Notes under the pieces: model-generated
The model's input: the letters and a program-made list of their open reading frames with translations, nothing else
Told to the model about the DNA's origin: nothing
Database searches by the model: none
In this document: positions 1 to 10,017 of the stretch, piece by piece
Layout: the number at the start of each line of letters is the position of its first letter
Numbering within the stretch: the stretch's first letter is position 1
Assembly (NCBI GenBank): GCA_031459385.1
Contig: JAVKIP010000002.1
Location: 64,355-128,354 of the forward strand
Source of the DNA: Candidatus Fervidifonticultor secundus
GTDB taxonomy: Bacteria; Sysuimicrobiota; Sysuimicrobiia; Sysuimicrobiales; Humicultoraceae
Length of the DNA stretch: 64,000 bases
Direction of reading: 5' to 3'
Made by a program: the position numbers and the translations under genes

Positions 1-1531
1 GGCGGCTAGGGCCGTGGGCGCGCGCGCCCTGAGCATCCTGGCCGACTGGAGCGTCGTAGAAGCGCGGCAGGGCCAGCCGGCGTGGGAAGATCTCGACCGG
101 GCCGTGGCCGCCGCGATGCAGGACGGTATGGCGCCGGTGCTGGTTCTGGCCCACACGCCACAGTGGGCGAGCCTCGCCACCGGCGCCGATCTCGCGCGAC
201 CCGAGATCTCTTCGCGGCAGCCGCCACGGCACGTGCGCGACTGGGAGCGCTTCGTGGGGCTGGCGGCCAGCCGCTACCGGGGCCGCGTGCGTGACTGGCA
301 GGTGTGGACGCGGCTCGGCCTGCCCGCATTCCGGGGCACGGGCGGGGAGTACCTCCAGTTACTGCAGGCAGCCGCCGCGCGGATCCGCGCCGTCGATCCG
401 CAGGCTCGCGTGGTCGCGGCGAGCCCGGGCGGCGTGGATCTCGGCTTCATCGTGCGCCTGGCCGAGAGCGCGCCCGGGGTCTTCGATGCCATCGCGGTCC
501 CGGCCGCCGGTATGGCCCCTGAGGCGATGCTGCGGCCGCTTGGGGTCCTGGCGGGGCGTCTGCGCGACCGCGGGAAGCCTGTGTGGCTCGAGTGGGCTCC
601 GGAGGCATCCCTGGGAGGGACGCGGGCGCGCGCCGAGTGGACGAAGATGCTGCTCGTGGCCGAGGCGACGGGCGTCCAGCGCCTGGTCGTCGCCGACCCG
701 GACCGGAACGCGGATCCCCTGCGCCAGGCCGTGAGCGGTCTCGGTGCCAGGTGGTTCGCGGGGTACCTCGCGCGCGATCCCGACGTGTTCGTGGCGGCCG
801 CAGGGTTTCCGGCCGACGCCGTCCTGCTGGCTTGGGCCCGCGCCGGCGAGCGGACCCTGGACCTGCCCGCCGCGCCGGGTCTCCAGGCGGCCACGGTGGA
901 CGGCCGCCCCGTGACCCTGGAGGTCCGCGACGGCCGCGTGGTCGCCCGCCTGAGCGAGATCCCCCTGGTCATCACCGGCGTGCCGGTCGGCCTCCTGGAA
1001 GAGGCCAGGGCGGCGGCCGTCCGGGCGCCGTGGCTTCCGGTGCCCCAGCGCGACTTCGGTCAGAGCCCTGAGGTCTTTGCCCGGCTCGGGCGGTCGGGGG
1101 AGGAGCGCGGCCTGTACAACGCGGCCTACCGCAGTCGGCCCAACGGCGCTGTCGAGGTGGTCGAGCTCGACGGTGGCGAGGCCGTGCGCACGGCCGTCGG
1201 CCGGGGGGTGGTCTACGTCTACTTCGACGTCGACGACACCTTCCTGTTCTTCAGCGAGGGACGCGTGCCGCTGGACGTAACTGTGGAAGTCTGGGGCGCG
1301 CGCGCCGCGCGCTCCCTCGGCTTCAACCTGCTGTACGACGCGGCGGGCGGATACCGCTTCACGCCGTGGGTGTGGGTCGATCCGGGCGAGGGCTGGCGCA
1401 GCTACACGATCCGCCTGCCCGACGCCAGCTTCGCGAACACCTGGGGCTACGACTTCGCGATCAACGCCGCCGGCAACCGCGCCGAAGACCTGACGGTGCG
1501 TGCGGTGCGGGTGCGCAAGGCGCTGCCCTAG
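1..1531 (+). CDS. Glycoside-hydrolase clan A (GH39/GH5-like) barrel protein with a C-terminal beta-sandwich carbohydrate-binding-like domain; 5' partial
   Basis: Frame is open from base 2, so the gene starts upstream of the window. Shows the W..LD..V..A...G....L.L..TP.WA and 'ASRYRGRVRDWQVW' patterns of GH-A barrels, but the NEP motif is absent. The aromatic-rich C-terminus reads YVYFDVDD...FANTWGYDF. Confidence 0.55.
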   Translation, partial: AARAVGARALSILADWSVVEARQGQPAWEDLDRAVAAAMQDGMAPVLVLAHTPQWASLATGADLARPEISSRQPPRHVRDWERFVGLAASRYRGRVRDWQVWTRLGLPAFRGTGGEYLQLLQAAAARIRAVDPQARVVAASPGGVDLGFIVRLAESAPGVFDAIAVPAAGMAPEAMLRPLGVLAGRLRDRGKPVWLEWAPEASLGGTRARAEWTKMLLVAEATGVQRLVVADPDRNADPLRQAVSGLGARWFAGYLARDPDVFVAAAGFPADAVLLAWARAGERTLDLPAAPGLQAATVDGRPVTLEVRDGRVVARLSEIPLVITGVPVGLLEEARAAAVRAPWLPVPQRDFGQSPEVFARLGRSGEERGLYNAAYRSRPNGAVEVVELDGGEAVRTAVGRGVVYVYFDVDDTFLFFSEGRVPLDVTVEVWGARAARSLGFNLLYDAAGGYRFTPWVWVDPGEGWRSYTIRLPDASFANTWGYDFAINAAGNRAEDLTVRAVRVRKALP

Positions 1532-1676
1532 CCTGCGCCGGCGCGTGCCGTCGTCTTGGCCCTGGCGGGCCGGACGCCCCCACCGGGGACTCCCAGGGCC
1601 TGCAGGGAGCCTTCTCGAACCCGCCGAAGCCAGGGGCACAACGCAGGGCCCTGGCTCTGGAGGGAGGGATGGTCCG

Positions 1677-2951
1677 GTGAAAGAACAGGTTCGTGGCCTC
1701 GCGTTCGCGCTCGGCGTCCTCCTGGCCATCGCGGTGATCCCCGCGGTCGCGCAACAGCCACCGCCGTTGCCGGCGAGCATCAAAGTCGGCGCGCTGTTCG
1801 ATCTTACCGGCCCCACGTCGGATGTGGGCGTCGACTACTCCAAGGGCGTGCTGGACCACGTCCGGTACATCAACGAGGTGCTGGGCGGCGTTCGCGGCAG
1901 GGTGAAGCTCGACCTGGTCTGGGCCGACTACGCCTACCGCATCCCCGAGAGCCTGAACCTCTATCGCAAGTACCGGGATGTGGACCGCGTGCAGGCCATC
2001 ATCGGGTGGGGGACCAACGACACCGAAGCGCTCAAGGAGCAGATCGCGGCAGACCAGATCCCGTTCATCTCGGCGTCGTATTCGTCCCACCTGAACGACC
2101 CGTCCAAGACGCCCTACAACTTCTACCCGGTGTCGTCCTACTCCGATCAGCTGCGGGCCGTGCTCAAGTTCGCCGCCGAGCTGGCTAAGAAGGAAGGCAA
2201 GGCCCGGCCCAAGTTCGTCTTCGCGTACCCCGACCACCCCTACGGCCGAGCACCGATCCCTGCAGGCAAGGACTACGCCAGGGAGCTGGGGTTCGAGGTC
2301 GGTCCCGACCAGTTCGTCCCGCTGACGGCCCTCGAGGCCCGCTCCCAGGTCGCGGCGATCCGGACCTTTGGTGCCGACTTCGCCTGGTTCGGCGGCACGA
2401 CCAACTCGGCGTCGGTGACGATCCGCGACGCGAAGCAGGCGGGCCTGACCACCCGCTGGTTCGTGAACGTGTGGGGGTTCGACGAGAACATGATCAAGCT
2501 CATCGGCGCGGCGGCCGAGGGCACGTACGGCAGCACCCCGCACGCCTACTACGGCGAGCCGGTATCCGGCATGCGGACGATCTACGATGCCTACAAGCGG
2601 TTCCAGGGCAAGGACGTGCCCCAGTTCCAGTGGGGCACGACCCAGACGCCGTACATCGCCTCGTACATCCGCGGCTGGCTCAACGTCTACCTCCTGCGCC
2701 GCGGGCTGGAGCAGATCGTGGACGGCTGGTCGTCCTACGGGCGCCTGGGCGGGTTCGCCGGCGTCAACGTGCGCTCGGCGCTGGAGCTGCTGAAGAACTG
2801 GGACCCCGAGGGCCTGGCCCCGCCCATCACGCTGGCCCGCGACGACCACCGGCCATCCACCACGACGCGCATCATGCAGGTTCGGGGGGGCCGCATCGTC
2901 GTGGTCGAGCCGGTGACGGTCGAGCGCCGCAAGGACTGGCTGGGGTACTAG
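1677..2951 (+). CDS. Liv-type (branched-chain amino acid family) ABC substrate-binding protein, likely for fatty or aromatic acids
   Basis: GTG start after GGAGGGAGG; signal peptide ending AVA-Q; IKVGALFDLTGPT and GWGT motifs; acyl-CoA ligase neighbours. Confidence 0.85.
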   Translation: MKEQVRGLAFALGVLLAIAVIPAVAQQPPPLPASIKVGALFDLTGPTSDVGVDYSKGVLDHVRYINEVLGGVRGRVKLDLVWADYAYRIPESLNLYRKYRDVDRVQAIIGWGTNDTEALKEQIAADQIPFISASYSSHLNDPSKTPYNFYPVSSYSDQLRAVLKFAAELAKKEGKARPKFVFAYPDHPYGRAPIPAGKDYARELGFEVGPDQFVPLTALEARSQVAAIRTFGADFAWFGGTTNSASVTIRDAKQAGLTTRWFVNVWGFDENMIKLIGAAAEGTYGSTPHAYYGEPVSGMRTIYDAYKRFQGKDVPQFQWGTTQTPYIASYIRGWLNVYLLRRGLEQIVDGWSSYGRLGGFAGVNVRSALELLKNWDPEGLAPPITLARDDHRPSTTTRIMQVRGGRIVVVEPVTVERRKDWLGY

Positions 2952-2959
2952 CCTGCGCG

Positions 2960-2983
2960 GGGGGGCGGCGTCCGCCGCCCCCC
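2960..2983 (+). other. Intercistronic GC hairpin after the SBP gene (mRNA stabiliser or attenuator)
   Basis: GGGGGGCGGCG-TC-CGCCGCCCCCC inverted repeat with no U-tract. Confidence 0.5.
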
Positions 2984-3016
2984 GCTGGTTCCGTTCCCCC
3001 TGCAGCGCCCCGGCCC

Positions 3017-3802
3017 GTGCTGACCCTGAACAACATCGAGGTCGTCTTCTGGGGCACGATCCTGGTGCTCAAGGGCGTGTCGCTGCGCGTCGAGCCCGGC
3101 AGTATCACGGCCCTCATCGGCGCCAACGGCGCGGGCAAGACCACCACGCTGAAGGCGATCTCCGGCCTCATCCGGCTCGAGCGGGGCGAGGTGACCCGCG
3201 GGAGCATCGAGTTCGAGGGGCAGCGCATCGAGAACCGGCTGCCCGAGGACGTGGCCCGGATGGGCATCGTCATGGTCCGCGAGGGCCGGCGCCTCTTCGA
3301 GGAGCTGACCGCCGAGGAGAACCTGCTGGTCGGTGCCGCAGTGCGGCGCGACGGACGGCGCGAGGGCATCGACCTGGTCTACACGTACTTTCCCCGGCTG
3401 AAGGAGCGCCGGCGGGTGCGCGCCGGCTATCTCTCCGGCGGCGAGCAGCAGATGCTGGCCATCGGCTGTGCGCTGATGGCCCGGCCCCGCCTGCTGCTGC
3501 TGGACGAGCCCAGCCTGGGGCTGGCCCCGATCGTCGCCCACGAGATCTTCGGTCTCGTCCAGCGGCTGAACCGCGACGAGACGATCACGATCTTCCTGGT
3601 CGAGCAGAACGCCCGCATGGCCCTGCAGCTGGCGTCGTACGGCTACGTGATGGAGAACGGGAAAATCGTCCTCGACGGCCCCGCCGAGCGCCTGCGCGAG
3701 GACGCTGACGTGAAGGAGTTCTACCTGGGGATGAGCAAGGCCGGCCGCCGGCGCTTCACCGAGGTGAAGAGCTACAAACGTCGCAAGCGCTGGCTGGCGT
3801 GA
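3017..3802 (+). CDS. livF: ABC transporter ATP-binding protein, LivF-like
   Basis: Walker A GANGAGKT, LSGGEQQMLA, LLLDEPSLGLAP, LVEQNA. GTG start at 3017 is inferred. Confidence 0.88.
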   Translation: MLTLNNIEVVFWGTILVLKGVSLRVEPGSITALIGANGAGKTTTLKAISGLIRLERGEVTRGSIEFEGQRIENRLPEDVARMGIVMVREGRRLFEELTAEENLLVGAAVRRDGRREGIDLVYTYFPRLKERRRVRAGYLSGGEQQMLAIGCALMARPRLLLLDEPSLGLAPIVAHEIFGLVQRLNRDETITIFLVEQNARMALQLASYGYVMENGKIVLDGPAERLREDADVKEFYLGMSKAGRRRFTEVKSYKRRKRWLA

Positions 3803-3824
3803 CCCGGCGCGGCGCGCGGTCTCC

Positions 3825-4868
3825 TCAGTGGGGGAACGGCCAGAGGTCCAGGTGGCGCTTCAACTTGCGGAAGAGCATGGCCAGCCCCCCCGGCTCCCAG
3901 ATCAGCAGGGCGATCAGCAGCGTCCCGAAGACGATCTCGCGCAGCGGCGTGGCCGCCTGGCCGAGCGCCGGAACCGCGGCCACCAGCAGGGGCGTCGCGA
4001 AGCGCAGCCCCTGGTTCAGCAGCGTGACGAACGCCGCGCCCAGGTGCGGGCCCCAGATGCTGGTGAGGCCGCCCAGCACGATGATCGCGATGTAGTCGAT
4101 GGACAGCCCGATGCTGAAGTGCTCGGCGCCGATGACGCGGTTGTAGTGCGCGAACAGACTCCCGCCGACCCCGGCGAAGAACGCCGCCAGCGCGAACGCC
4201 AGGGTCTTGTAGTAGAGCAGGTTCACCCCCAGCACCTGCGCCGCGTAGTCCCGGTCGCGCACGGCCATCAGCGCCAGGCCGATCCGCCCGCGTACCAGGT
4301 TGGCGGCGAACACTCCCGCCCCGAGCCAGAGGGGCAGCAGCAGGTACCGGTAGAAGTCGGCCTCCTGCTGGAGGACGCGGCCGCCGACGCGGGCCGGAGG
4401 GACCACGTTCCCGGCCATGCCTCCCGCCGTGTGGATGATGACGTACTCGGTGATGAACTGGAACGCCATGGTGGCGATGGCCAGGTACAGCCCTTTGATG
4501 CGCAGCGACGGGAGGCCCACGACGGCCCCGACCAGGAAGGCCACCACCCCCGCCAGCGGCAGGGCGGCCAGGAAGGGCCACTGCAGCCGGGTGGTCACGT
4601 ACCAGGACGTGTAGGCCCCCACCGCCATGAACGCCGCGTGGCCCAGCGAGATCTGTCCGGCAAAGCCCGTGAGCAGGGCCAGGCCCACGGCCCCGATGGC
4701 GAAAATGCCAATGGTGTTCAGCAGGAACAGGTACCGGCCGGCCCACACGGGCGCTGCCACCAGGACCGCCAGCAGTACCAGGAACCCCACCCGGTACGTC
4801 CAGGTGTCCAGCAGCGCCATGTCGGCGGCGTAGCGCGTCTTGAAGTCGCCGGCGGGGCGCACGCTCAT
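3825..4868 (-). CDS. livM: Liv-type ABC permease, LivM-like
   Basis: GQISLGHAAF, LRIKGLYLAIAT, AVRDRD and GGL.SI.G motifs; ATGA overlap with the upstream permease. Confidence 0.88.
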   Translation of the reverse strand: MSVRPAGDFKTRYAADMALLDTWTYRVGFLVLLAVLVAAPVWAGRYLFLLNTIGIFAIGAVGLALLTGFAGQISLGHAAFMAVGAYTSWYVTTRLQWPFLAALPLAGVVAFLVGAVVGLPSLRIKGLYLAIATMAFQFITEYVIIHTAGGMAGNVVPPARVGGRVLQQEADFYRYLLLPLWLGAGVFAANLVRGRIGLALMAVRDRDYAAQVLGVNLLYYKTLAFALAAFFAGVGGSLFAHYNRVIGAEHFSIGLSIDYIAIIVLGGLTSIWGPHLGAAFVTLLNQGLRFATPLLVAAVPALGQAATPLREIVFGTLLIALLIWEPGGLAMLFRKLKRHLDLWPFPH

Positions 4869-5785
4869 AGGCGCTCGATGTGCTCCGTACCGAACAGTCC
4901 GTAGGGTCGGACCAAGAGGACCAGCAGGATCACCAGGAACGGCGTGATGTCCTTGAAGCCCTGGAGGGGGATACCGAAGAGCACCACGTTGGCGTCGATG
5001 TAACCCCCGACGACCGTCTCCAGCACGCCGATGATGAGCCCGCCCAGGATAGCGCCCGGGATGCTGTCCAGGCCGCCCAGGATGACCGCCGCCAGGGCCT
5101 TCAGGCCCACGTGGGCCAGGGCGAAGTTGACGCCCAGCCACAGCCCGATGAGGACGCCGCCCACCGACCCGGCGATCGCGGCGAACGCCCACGCGTAGGC
5201 GAACACTCGTTTCAGACTCACCCCCAGCGTTGAGGCGGTGAGTTGCTCGTTGGCGGCCGCGCGCATGGCGATGCCCCACAGCGAATAGCGGAAGAACAGG
5301 GAGAACAGCGCCAGCAGCGCCACCGCCACGCCCGCACTCCAGACGCCGACCCGGGGAATGGGAATGCTCCCGAGCCGTACCACATCGGCGGCAATGACCG
5401 GCGGGAACTGCCGGGTATCCCCGCCCCACAGGCCCACCATGAGGCCGCGGATGACGTACCCCAGCGCCAGGGTCACGATGATGACCGAGAGCAGCGACTG
5501 GCCGAACAGCGGCCGCATGATCCCCCGCTCGACCACGAACCCCAGCGCCGCCGCGGCGGCCAGCGTCCCGGCCACACCCAGCCCGAACGCGGCCAGCACC
5601 GGCAGGTCCAGGGCCCGTGTCAGCGCGATGGCCAGGTAGCCGCCGAACAGGACCAGCTCACCGTGGGCCAGGTTCAGGATCTTCGTGGACTTGTACAGGA
5701 GGGCGAAGCCCAGGGCGATGAGCGCGTAGATAGACCCGACCGCGAGGCCGACGACGATCCCGTCGAGGACGAATGCCAGGGTCAC
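4865..5785 (-). CDS. livH: Liv-type ABC permease, LivH-like
   Basis: GSIYALIALGF..LY, LNLAHGE, AMRA, LGGLDSIPGA, RPYGLFG; GTGA overlap with the ligase gene. Confidence 0.88.
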   Translation of the reverse strand: MTLAFVLDGIVVGLAVGSIYALIALGFALLYKSTKILNLAHGELVLFGGYLAIALTRALDLPVLAAFGLGVAGTLAAAAALGFVVERGIMRPLFGQSLLSVIIVTLALGYVIRGLMVGLWGGDTRQFPPVIAADVVRLGSIPIPRVGVWSAGVAVALLALFSLFFRYSLWGIAMRAAANEQLTASTLGVSLKRVFAYAWAFAAIAGSVGGVLIGLWLGVNFALAHVGLKALAAVILGGLDSIPGAILGGLIIGVLETVVGGYIDANVVLFGIPLQGFKDITPFLVILLVLLVRPYGLFGTEHIERL

Positions 5786-7749
5786 GACGCCGCGGCGGAC
5801 TCGACGGTGACGATCCGCATGACCGGATGCAGTTCGGCGGTGCGGCCGTCCTCGTAACGGATGGTGACGGTCGCCTGGAACGTCTCGGCCCCAGCGTAGA
5901 TCGCAGCGATGAGGTCGTGGTAGCGCTGGTTGATATGGGCCCGCCGCAGCTTGCGCGTCCGCGTCAACTCGTCGTCGTCGGGATGGAACTCCTTGTAGAG
6001 CGACACGAACCGCGCGATCCGCCACCCGGGTTGCAGCCGGGCGTTGGTCTCCTGCACCAGCCCCTGCAGCAGCGCCAGCACCTCGGGGCGCTGCGACAGG
6101 TCGGCGTAGGAGGTGTAGGCGATCCCCCGGTCTTCGGCCCACTTGCCCACGTTGCGCAGGTCGATGTTCAAAATGGCCGCCAGCACCGGCTGCCCGTCGC
6201 CGAGGACACACGCCTCCTGGATGAAGGGCGTGAACTTCAACATGTCCTCGATAACCCGGGGCGCCACGCGGGTGCCGTCGGCCATCTGGATCATGTCGCC
6301 CATGCGGTCGAAGAGGATGACGTCGCCGCTGGGATCCAGCGTGCCGTAGTCGCCGGTGTACAGCCAGCCGTCGCGGAGCGCCTTGGCGGTGGCCTCGGGG
6401 TTCCGGTAGTAGCCGAGGAAGACCGAGGGACTGCGCTCCAGGATCTCGCCGTCGTCGGAGATGCGCACCTCGGTCTGCGCGATGGGAGCACCCATGGTCC
6501 AGAAGCGCACCTGGCCGTCACGGTGCACGCACGAGATGCCGGCGATCTCGGTCTGACCGTAGATCTGCTTGAGGTTCAGCCCCAGCGCCCGGAAGAACTT
6601 GTGGTAGTCGGGCCCCAGGGACGCGCCGCCGTTCCAGGCCACCCGCATGCGCACCATGCCCATTTTGTCCAGGATGGGCCGGTAGACCGTCCAGCGCCAC
6701 AGGAGCCGTAGCGCCCGGAGCCACCAGGGAATCGGCTTCCCCTCGGCTTCCAGCTCGACGGCGCGGATGCCGTGGCGCATGGCCGCCTCGTAGATCCACC
6801 GGCGCAGGGGCCCCGCGTCCAGGATGCGTACGGTGACCGCCGAGTGCATCCCCTCGTAGATCCGGGCCGGGGCGAAGGTGAAGTGGGGGCCGATCTCGCG
6901 GAAGTCGCGCTGGGCGGTCTCGGGCTCCTCGGGGAAGTTCACCGTGAACCCGACCCACTGGTGGAGGCTGTAGGCGAACATCTGCTCGCCGATCCAGGCA
7001 AAGGGCAGGTACGAGACGAACTCGTCGCCGGGGGCGATGTGCGGCTCGACGGCGTGAAAGTGCTCGGCCTGGGTGAGCAGGTTGGCGTGCGAGAGCATCG
7101 CCAGCTTCGGCATGGCGGTGGTGCCCGACGTCTGGCAGAGGATGGCCACGTCGTCGGGCCGCGTCTGCGCCACCAGCGCGGCGAACTGCCCGGGCGCCCG
7201 CGCGTGCACTTCGCGGCCCAGCGCCACCAGATCGGCGAAGGCCAGCAGCTTCGGGTGCCGGTAGCGCCACATCCCCCGCCAGTCCTCGACGATGATCCGC
7301 TCCACCGTGGGCAGGCGCGACTCCATCTCCAGGATCTTGTCGGCCTGCTCCTGGTCCTCGCAGAACACGAACCGGGCGCCGGCGAAGGCGATGAGTTCGG
7401 CCAGCTGCTCGGCCAGGCTGTCCTGGTACATCCCGCAGGAGATGGCGCCCAGGGCCTGCGCGCCCATGGCCATGTAGAACTGCTCGGGACGGTTGTCGCC
7501 GATGATCATCAGCACGTCGCCCCGCCGCAGGCCCAGAGCCTCCAGGCCCAGCGCGCAGGCGCGCGCGTGGTCCAGGTACTGCGCCCACGTGATCTCCCGC
7601 CAGATGCCGAACTCCTTCTCCCGGAAGGCGACGCGGTCGCCGAAGCGCGCGGCGTTGTAGACCAGGCGCCGGGGAAACGTGTTGGGGGCGTCCACTGTGG
7701 CGGCGACGGTGGCAGGATGGGCGCGTTCGAGGACCGCTTCGGCCGTCAT
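5782..7749 (-). CDS. Long-chain fatty-acid--CoA ligase (AMP-binding enzyme)
   Basis: TSGTT..PK, YGQTE, GWLYTGDYG and ELTRTRKLRR motifs. Confidence 0.88.
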   Translation of the reverse strand: MTAEAVLERAHPATVAATVDAPNTFPRRLVYNAARFGDRVAFREKEFGIWREITWAQYLDHARACALGLEALGLRRGDVLMIIGDNRPEQFYMAMGAQALGAISCGMYQDSLAEQLAELIAFAGARFVFCEDQEQADKILEMESRLPTVERIIVEDWRGMWRYRHPKLLAFADLVALGREVHARAPGQFAALVAQTRPDDVAILCQTSGTTAMPKLAMLSHANLLTQAEHFHAVEPHIAPGDEFVSYLPFAWIGEQMFAYSLHQWVGFTVNFPEEPETAQRDFREIGPHFTFAPARIYEGMHSAVTVRILDAGPLRRWIYEAAMRHGIRAVELEAEGKPIPWWLRALRLLWRWTVYRPILDKMGMVRMRVAWNGGASLGPDYHKFFRALGLNLKQIYGQTEIAGISCVHRDGQVRFWTMGAPIAQTEVRISDDGEILERSPSVFLGYYRNPEATAKALRDGWLYTGDYGTLDPSGDVILFDRMGDMIQMADGTRVAPRVIEDMLKFTPFIQEACVLGDGQPVLAAILNIDLRNVGKWAEDRGIAYTSYADLSQRPEVLALLQGLVQETNARLQPGWRIARFVSLYKEFHPDDDELTRTRKLRRAHINQRYHDLIAAIYAGAETFQATVTIRYEDGRTAELHPVMRIVTVESAAAS

Positions 7750-8543
7750 GCCACGCGATGCTCCTCCCCGAGGTAGGCCCGGATGACCTCCGGGTCGCAC
7801 TGGATCTCCTGCGGGAGCCCCTCGGCGATCTGCTTGCCGTAGTCCATGGCGATCAGTCGGTCGCACAGGTCCATGATGACGCCCATGTCGTGCTCGATGA
7901 GGATCATCGGGAGCCCGCGCACCTCGCGCAGCTCCAGGAGGTAGCGGGCCATGTCGGTCTTCTCATCGGCGCTCATGCCCGCCATGGGTTCGTCCAACAG
8001 GAGCAGGCGGGGCTCCATGGCCAGCGCGCGTCCCAGCTCCACCTTCTTCTGCACGCCGTAGGGCAGTTCGGCCACGCGGTGTCCGCGGTGCTCTTCCAGT
8101 TCCAGGAAGTCGATGATCTCCTCCACGCGGGCCCGGTGAGCGAGGAACTCGCGCTCGGCAGGCCCCCAGTAGATGCCCGAGGCCAGCACCCCCGCCCGCA
8201 TGTGGATCAGGCGGCCTGAGAGGATATTGGCCAGCACCGTCATGCCTGGGTAGAGCGCGATGTTCTGGAACGTGCGCGCCAGCCCCAGCGCCGCCCGCTG
8301 GTGGGGCGGCAGCCGGGTCACGTCGCGCCCGAAGAAGGTGATGCGCCCGTCCTGGGGATGGTAGAACCCGCTGATGGCGTTGAGGACGCTGGTCTTCCCT
8401 GCACCGTTGGGCCCGATGATACCCAGCAGCTCCCCGGCGCGCACGGTGAACGAGAGGTCGCTCACAGCGGTAATACCGGCGAACCGGAGCGTGATCCGCT
8501 CCACGGTCAGCACCGTGTCCGCGAGGGGGATCGGCGGACCCAC
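7746..8543 (-). CDS. livG: ABC transporter ATP-binding protein, LivG-like
   Basis: GPNGAGKT, RTFQN, LPYGVQK, LLDEPMAGM, IEHDM, VIRAYLG. Confidence 0.88.
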   Translation of the reverse strand: MGPPIPLADTVLTVERITLRFAGITAVSDLSFTVRAGELLGIIGPNGAGKTSVLNAISGFYHPQDGRITFFGRDVTRLPPHQRAALGLARTFQNIALYPGMTVLANILSGRLIHMRAGVLASGIYWGPAEREFLAHRARVEEIIDFLELEEHRGHRVAELPYGVQKKVELGRALAMEPRLLLLDEPMAGMSADEKTDMARYLLELREVRGLPMILIEHDMGVIMDLCDRLIAMDYGKQIAEGLPQEIQCDPEVIRAYLGEEHRVA

Positions 8544-8550
8544 GGCCTAC

Positions 8551-8556
8551 AGATTA
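8551..8556 (-). promoter_or_regulatory. Putative -10 element (TAATCT) 7 nt before the livG GTG; candidate leaderless transcript
   Basis: Minus strand reads TAATCT-GTAGGCC-GTG with no Shine-Dalgarno. Confidence 0.4.
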
Positions 8557-8642
8557 GGTCCGCCGGAGGCCCATTCCTGCCCGGCAGGAGGCCCAGGACC
8601 GCCGCGGAAGACCACGGCGTACCGCGGGAGACGGAGGCAGCG

Positions 8643-9890
8643 ATGGACGAACTCTGGAGCCCTGCGGAGGCGTGGTCGGCGGCCGTCCGGCGCACCTGGC
8701 AGGACCAGCGGTTGCGTGAGATCGTCGCCGCCGCCTGGCCCCACGCGCCGGCGCTGCGGGAGGCGCTCGAGGGCGCGGGTGCTTCCGCTGCGGAGATCTC
8801 GCTGGACCTGCTTCCCCGGTTGCCCGTGCTGCGGAAGGACGCGCTGCCGGCGCTGCAGCGGCAACGTCCCCCATTTGGGGGGTGGCTCGGAACGCCGCTG
8901 GCCGCGCTGGGGCGCATCTACCGGTCGCCCGGGCCGATCCTCGACCCGGAAGGCCGCGAGGAGGACTACTGGCGGTTCGCCCCGGCGCTGTTCGCGGCGG
9001 GCTTCCGGGCTGGCGAGGTGGTGCTGAACACGCTGGCCTACCAGCTGACGCCGGCAGGGCTGATGTTCGACGGTGCGTTGCGGGTGCTGGGTTGTCCGGT
9101 CGTGCCCGCCGGTCCCGGCAACACTGAGACGCAGGTGTCGCTGCTGGCGCAGGTGGGCATCACGGGCTACATCGGCACGCCGAGCTTCCTGGCGACGCTG
9201 CTCGACGCCGCGGCGACAGCCGGGCGGCCCGTGACGCTGCGGCGAGCGTTCGTGATCGCCGAGATGCTGCCCGAAGCGCTGCGGCAGCAGGTGCAGGCCA
9301 CCCACGGCGTGGAGGTGAGTCAGGGCTACGGCACCGCCGACGTGGGCTCGGTCGCCTACGAGTGCTCGCGCCGCCAGGGCATGCACATCTGGCACGAGCT
9401 GATCGTGGAGCTGCTCGACCCCCAGACCGGTCAACCGGTGCCGGCCGGCGCGCCGGGCGAGGTGGTCGTGACCGCGTTGAACCCCGTCTACCCGCTGCTG
9501 CGGCTCGCCACCGGCGATCTGGCCGTCATGGCCGAGGGCGCCTGCCCCTGTGGCCGCACGGCACCGCGCATCGGGCGGATCCTCGGCAGGGTCGGCGACG
9601 CCGTGAAGGTCCGGGGCATGTTCGTGCACCCCGCGGAGATCGACCTGATCATGGCTCGCCACCCCGAGGTGGCTCGCTATCAGGTCGCGGTGTCGCGCAC
9701 GGGACACCAGGACGAGATGCGCCTGCGCATCGAGCTCCGGCCCGGCGCCGTGGCCACCGATGGGCTGACCCAGCGCCTGCGGCAGGCGATCCATGAGGGT
9801 GTCCGGCTCCGGTGCGAGATCGACCTGGTTCCACCCGGCGCGTTGCCCGCCGACGCCAGGAAGATCGTAGACGAACGGCGCTGGGAGTGA
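8643..9890 (+). CDS. Phenylacetate--CoA ligase family (PaaK-like) protein
   Basis: GGAGG RBS; LPVLRKD, SPGP, GTPSFL, YGTADVG, YPLLRLATGD, GRVGDAVKVRGMFVHP. Confidence 0.82.
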   Translation: MDELWSPAEAWSAAVRRTWQDQRLREIVAAAWPHAPALREALEGAGASAAEISLDLLPRLPVLRKDALPALQRQRPPFGGWLGTPLAALGRIYRSPGPILDPEGREEDYWRFAPALFAAGFRAGEVVLNTLAYQLTPAGLMFDGALRVLGCPVVPAGPGNTETQVSLLAQVGITGYIGTPSFLATLLDAAATAGRPVTLRRAFVIAEMLPEALRQQVQATHGVEVSQGYGTADVGSVAYECSRRQGMHIWHELIVELLDPQTGQPVPAGAPGEVVVTALNPVYPLLRLATGDLAVMAEGACPCGRTAPRIGRILGRVGDAVKVRGMFVHPAEIDLIMARHPEVARYQVAVSRTGHQDEMRLRIELRPGAVATDGLTQRLRQAIHEGVRLRCEIDLVPPGALPADARKIVDERRWE

Positions 9891-10017
9891 GCCTGGAGGG
9901 TACGCGTCGCGGCTCCCCGAGGATGTTCCCCGCGGTCCCTGACGAGCCGCGGCGCATGGCGATCCGCCGTGCGCGGGAAGCCGCGGGTGATGGCGCAGGG
10001 CCGCGGGGACGGTCGCG

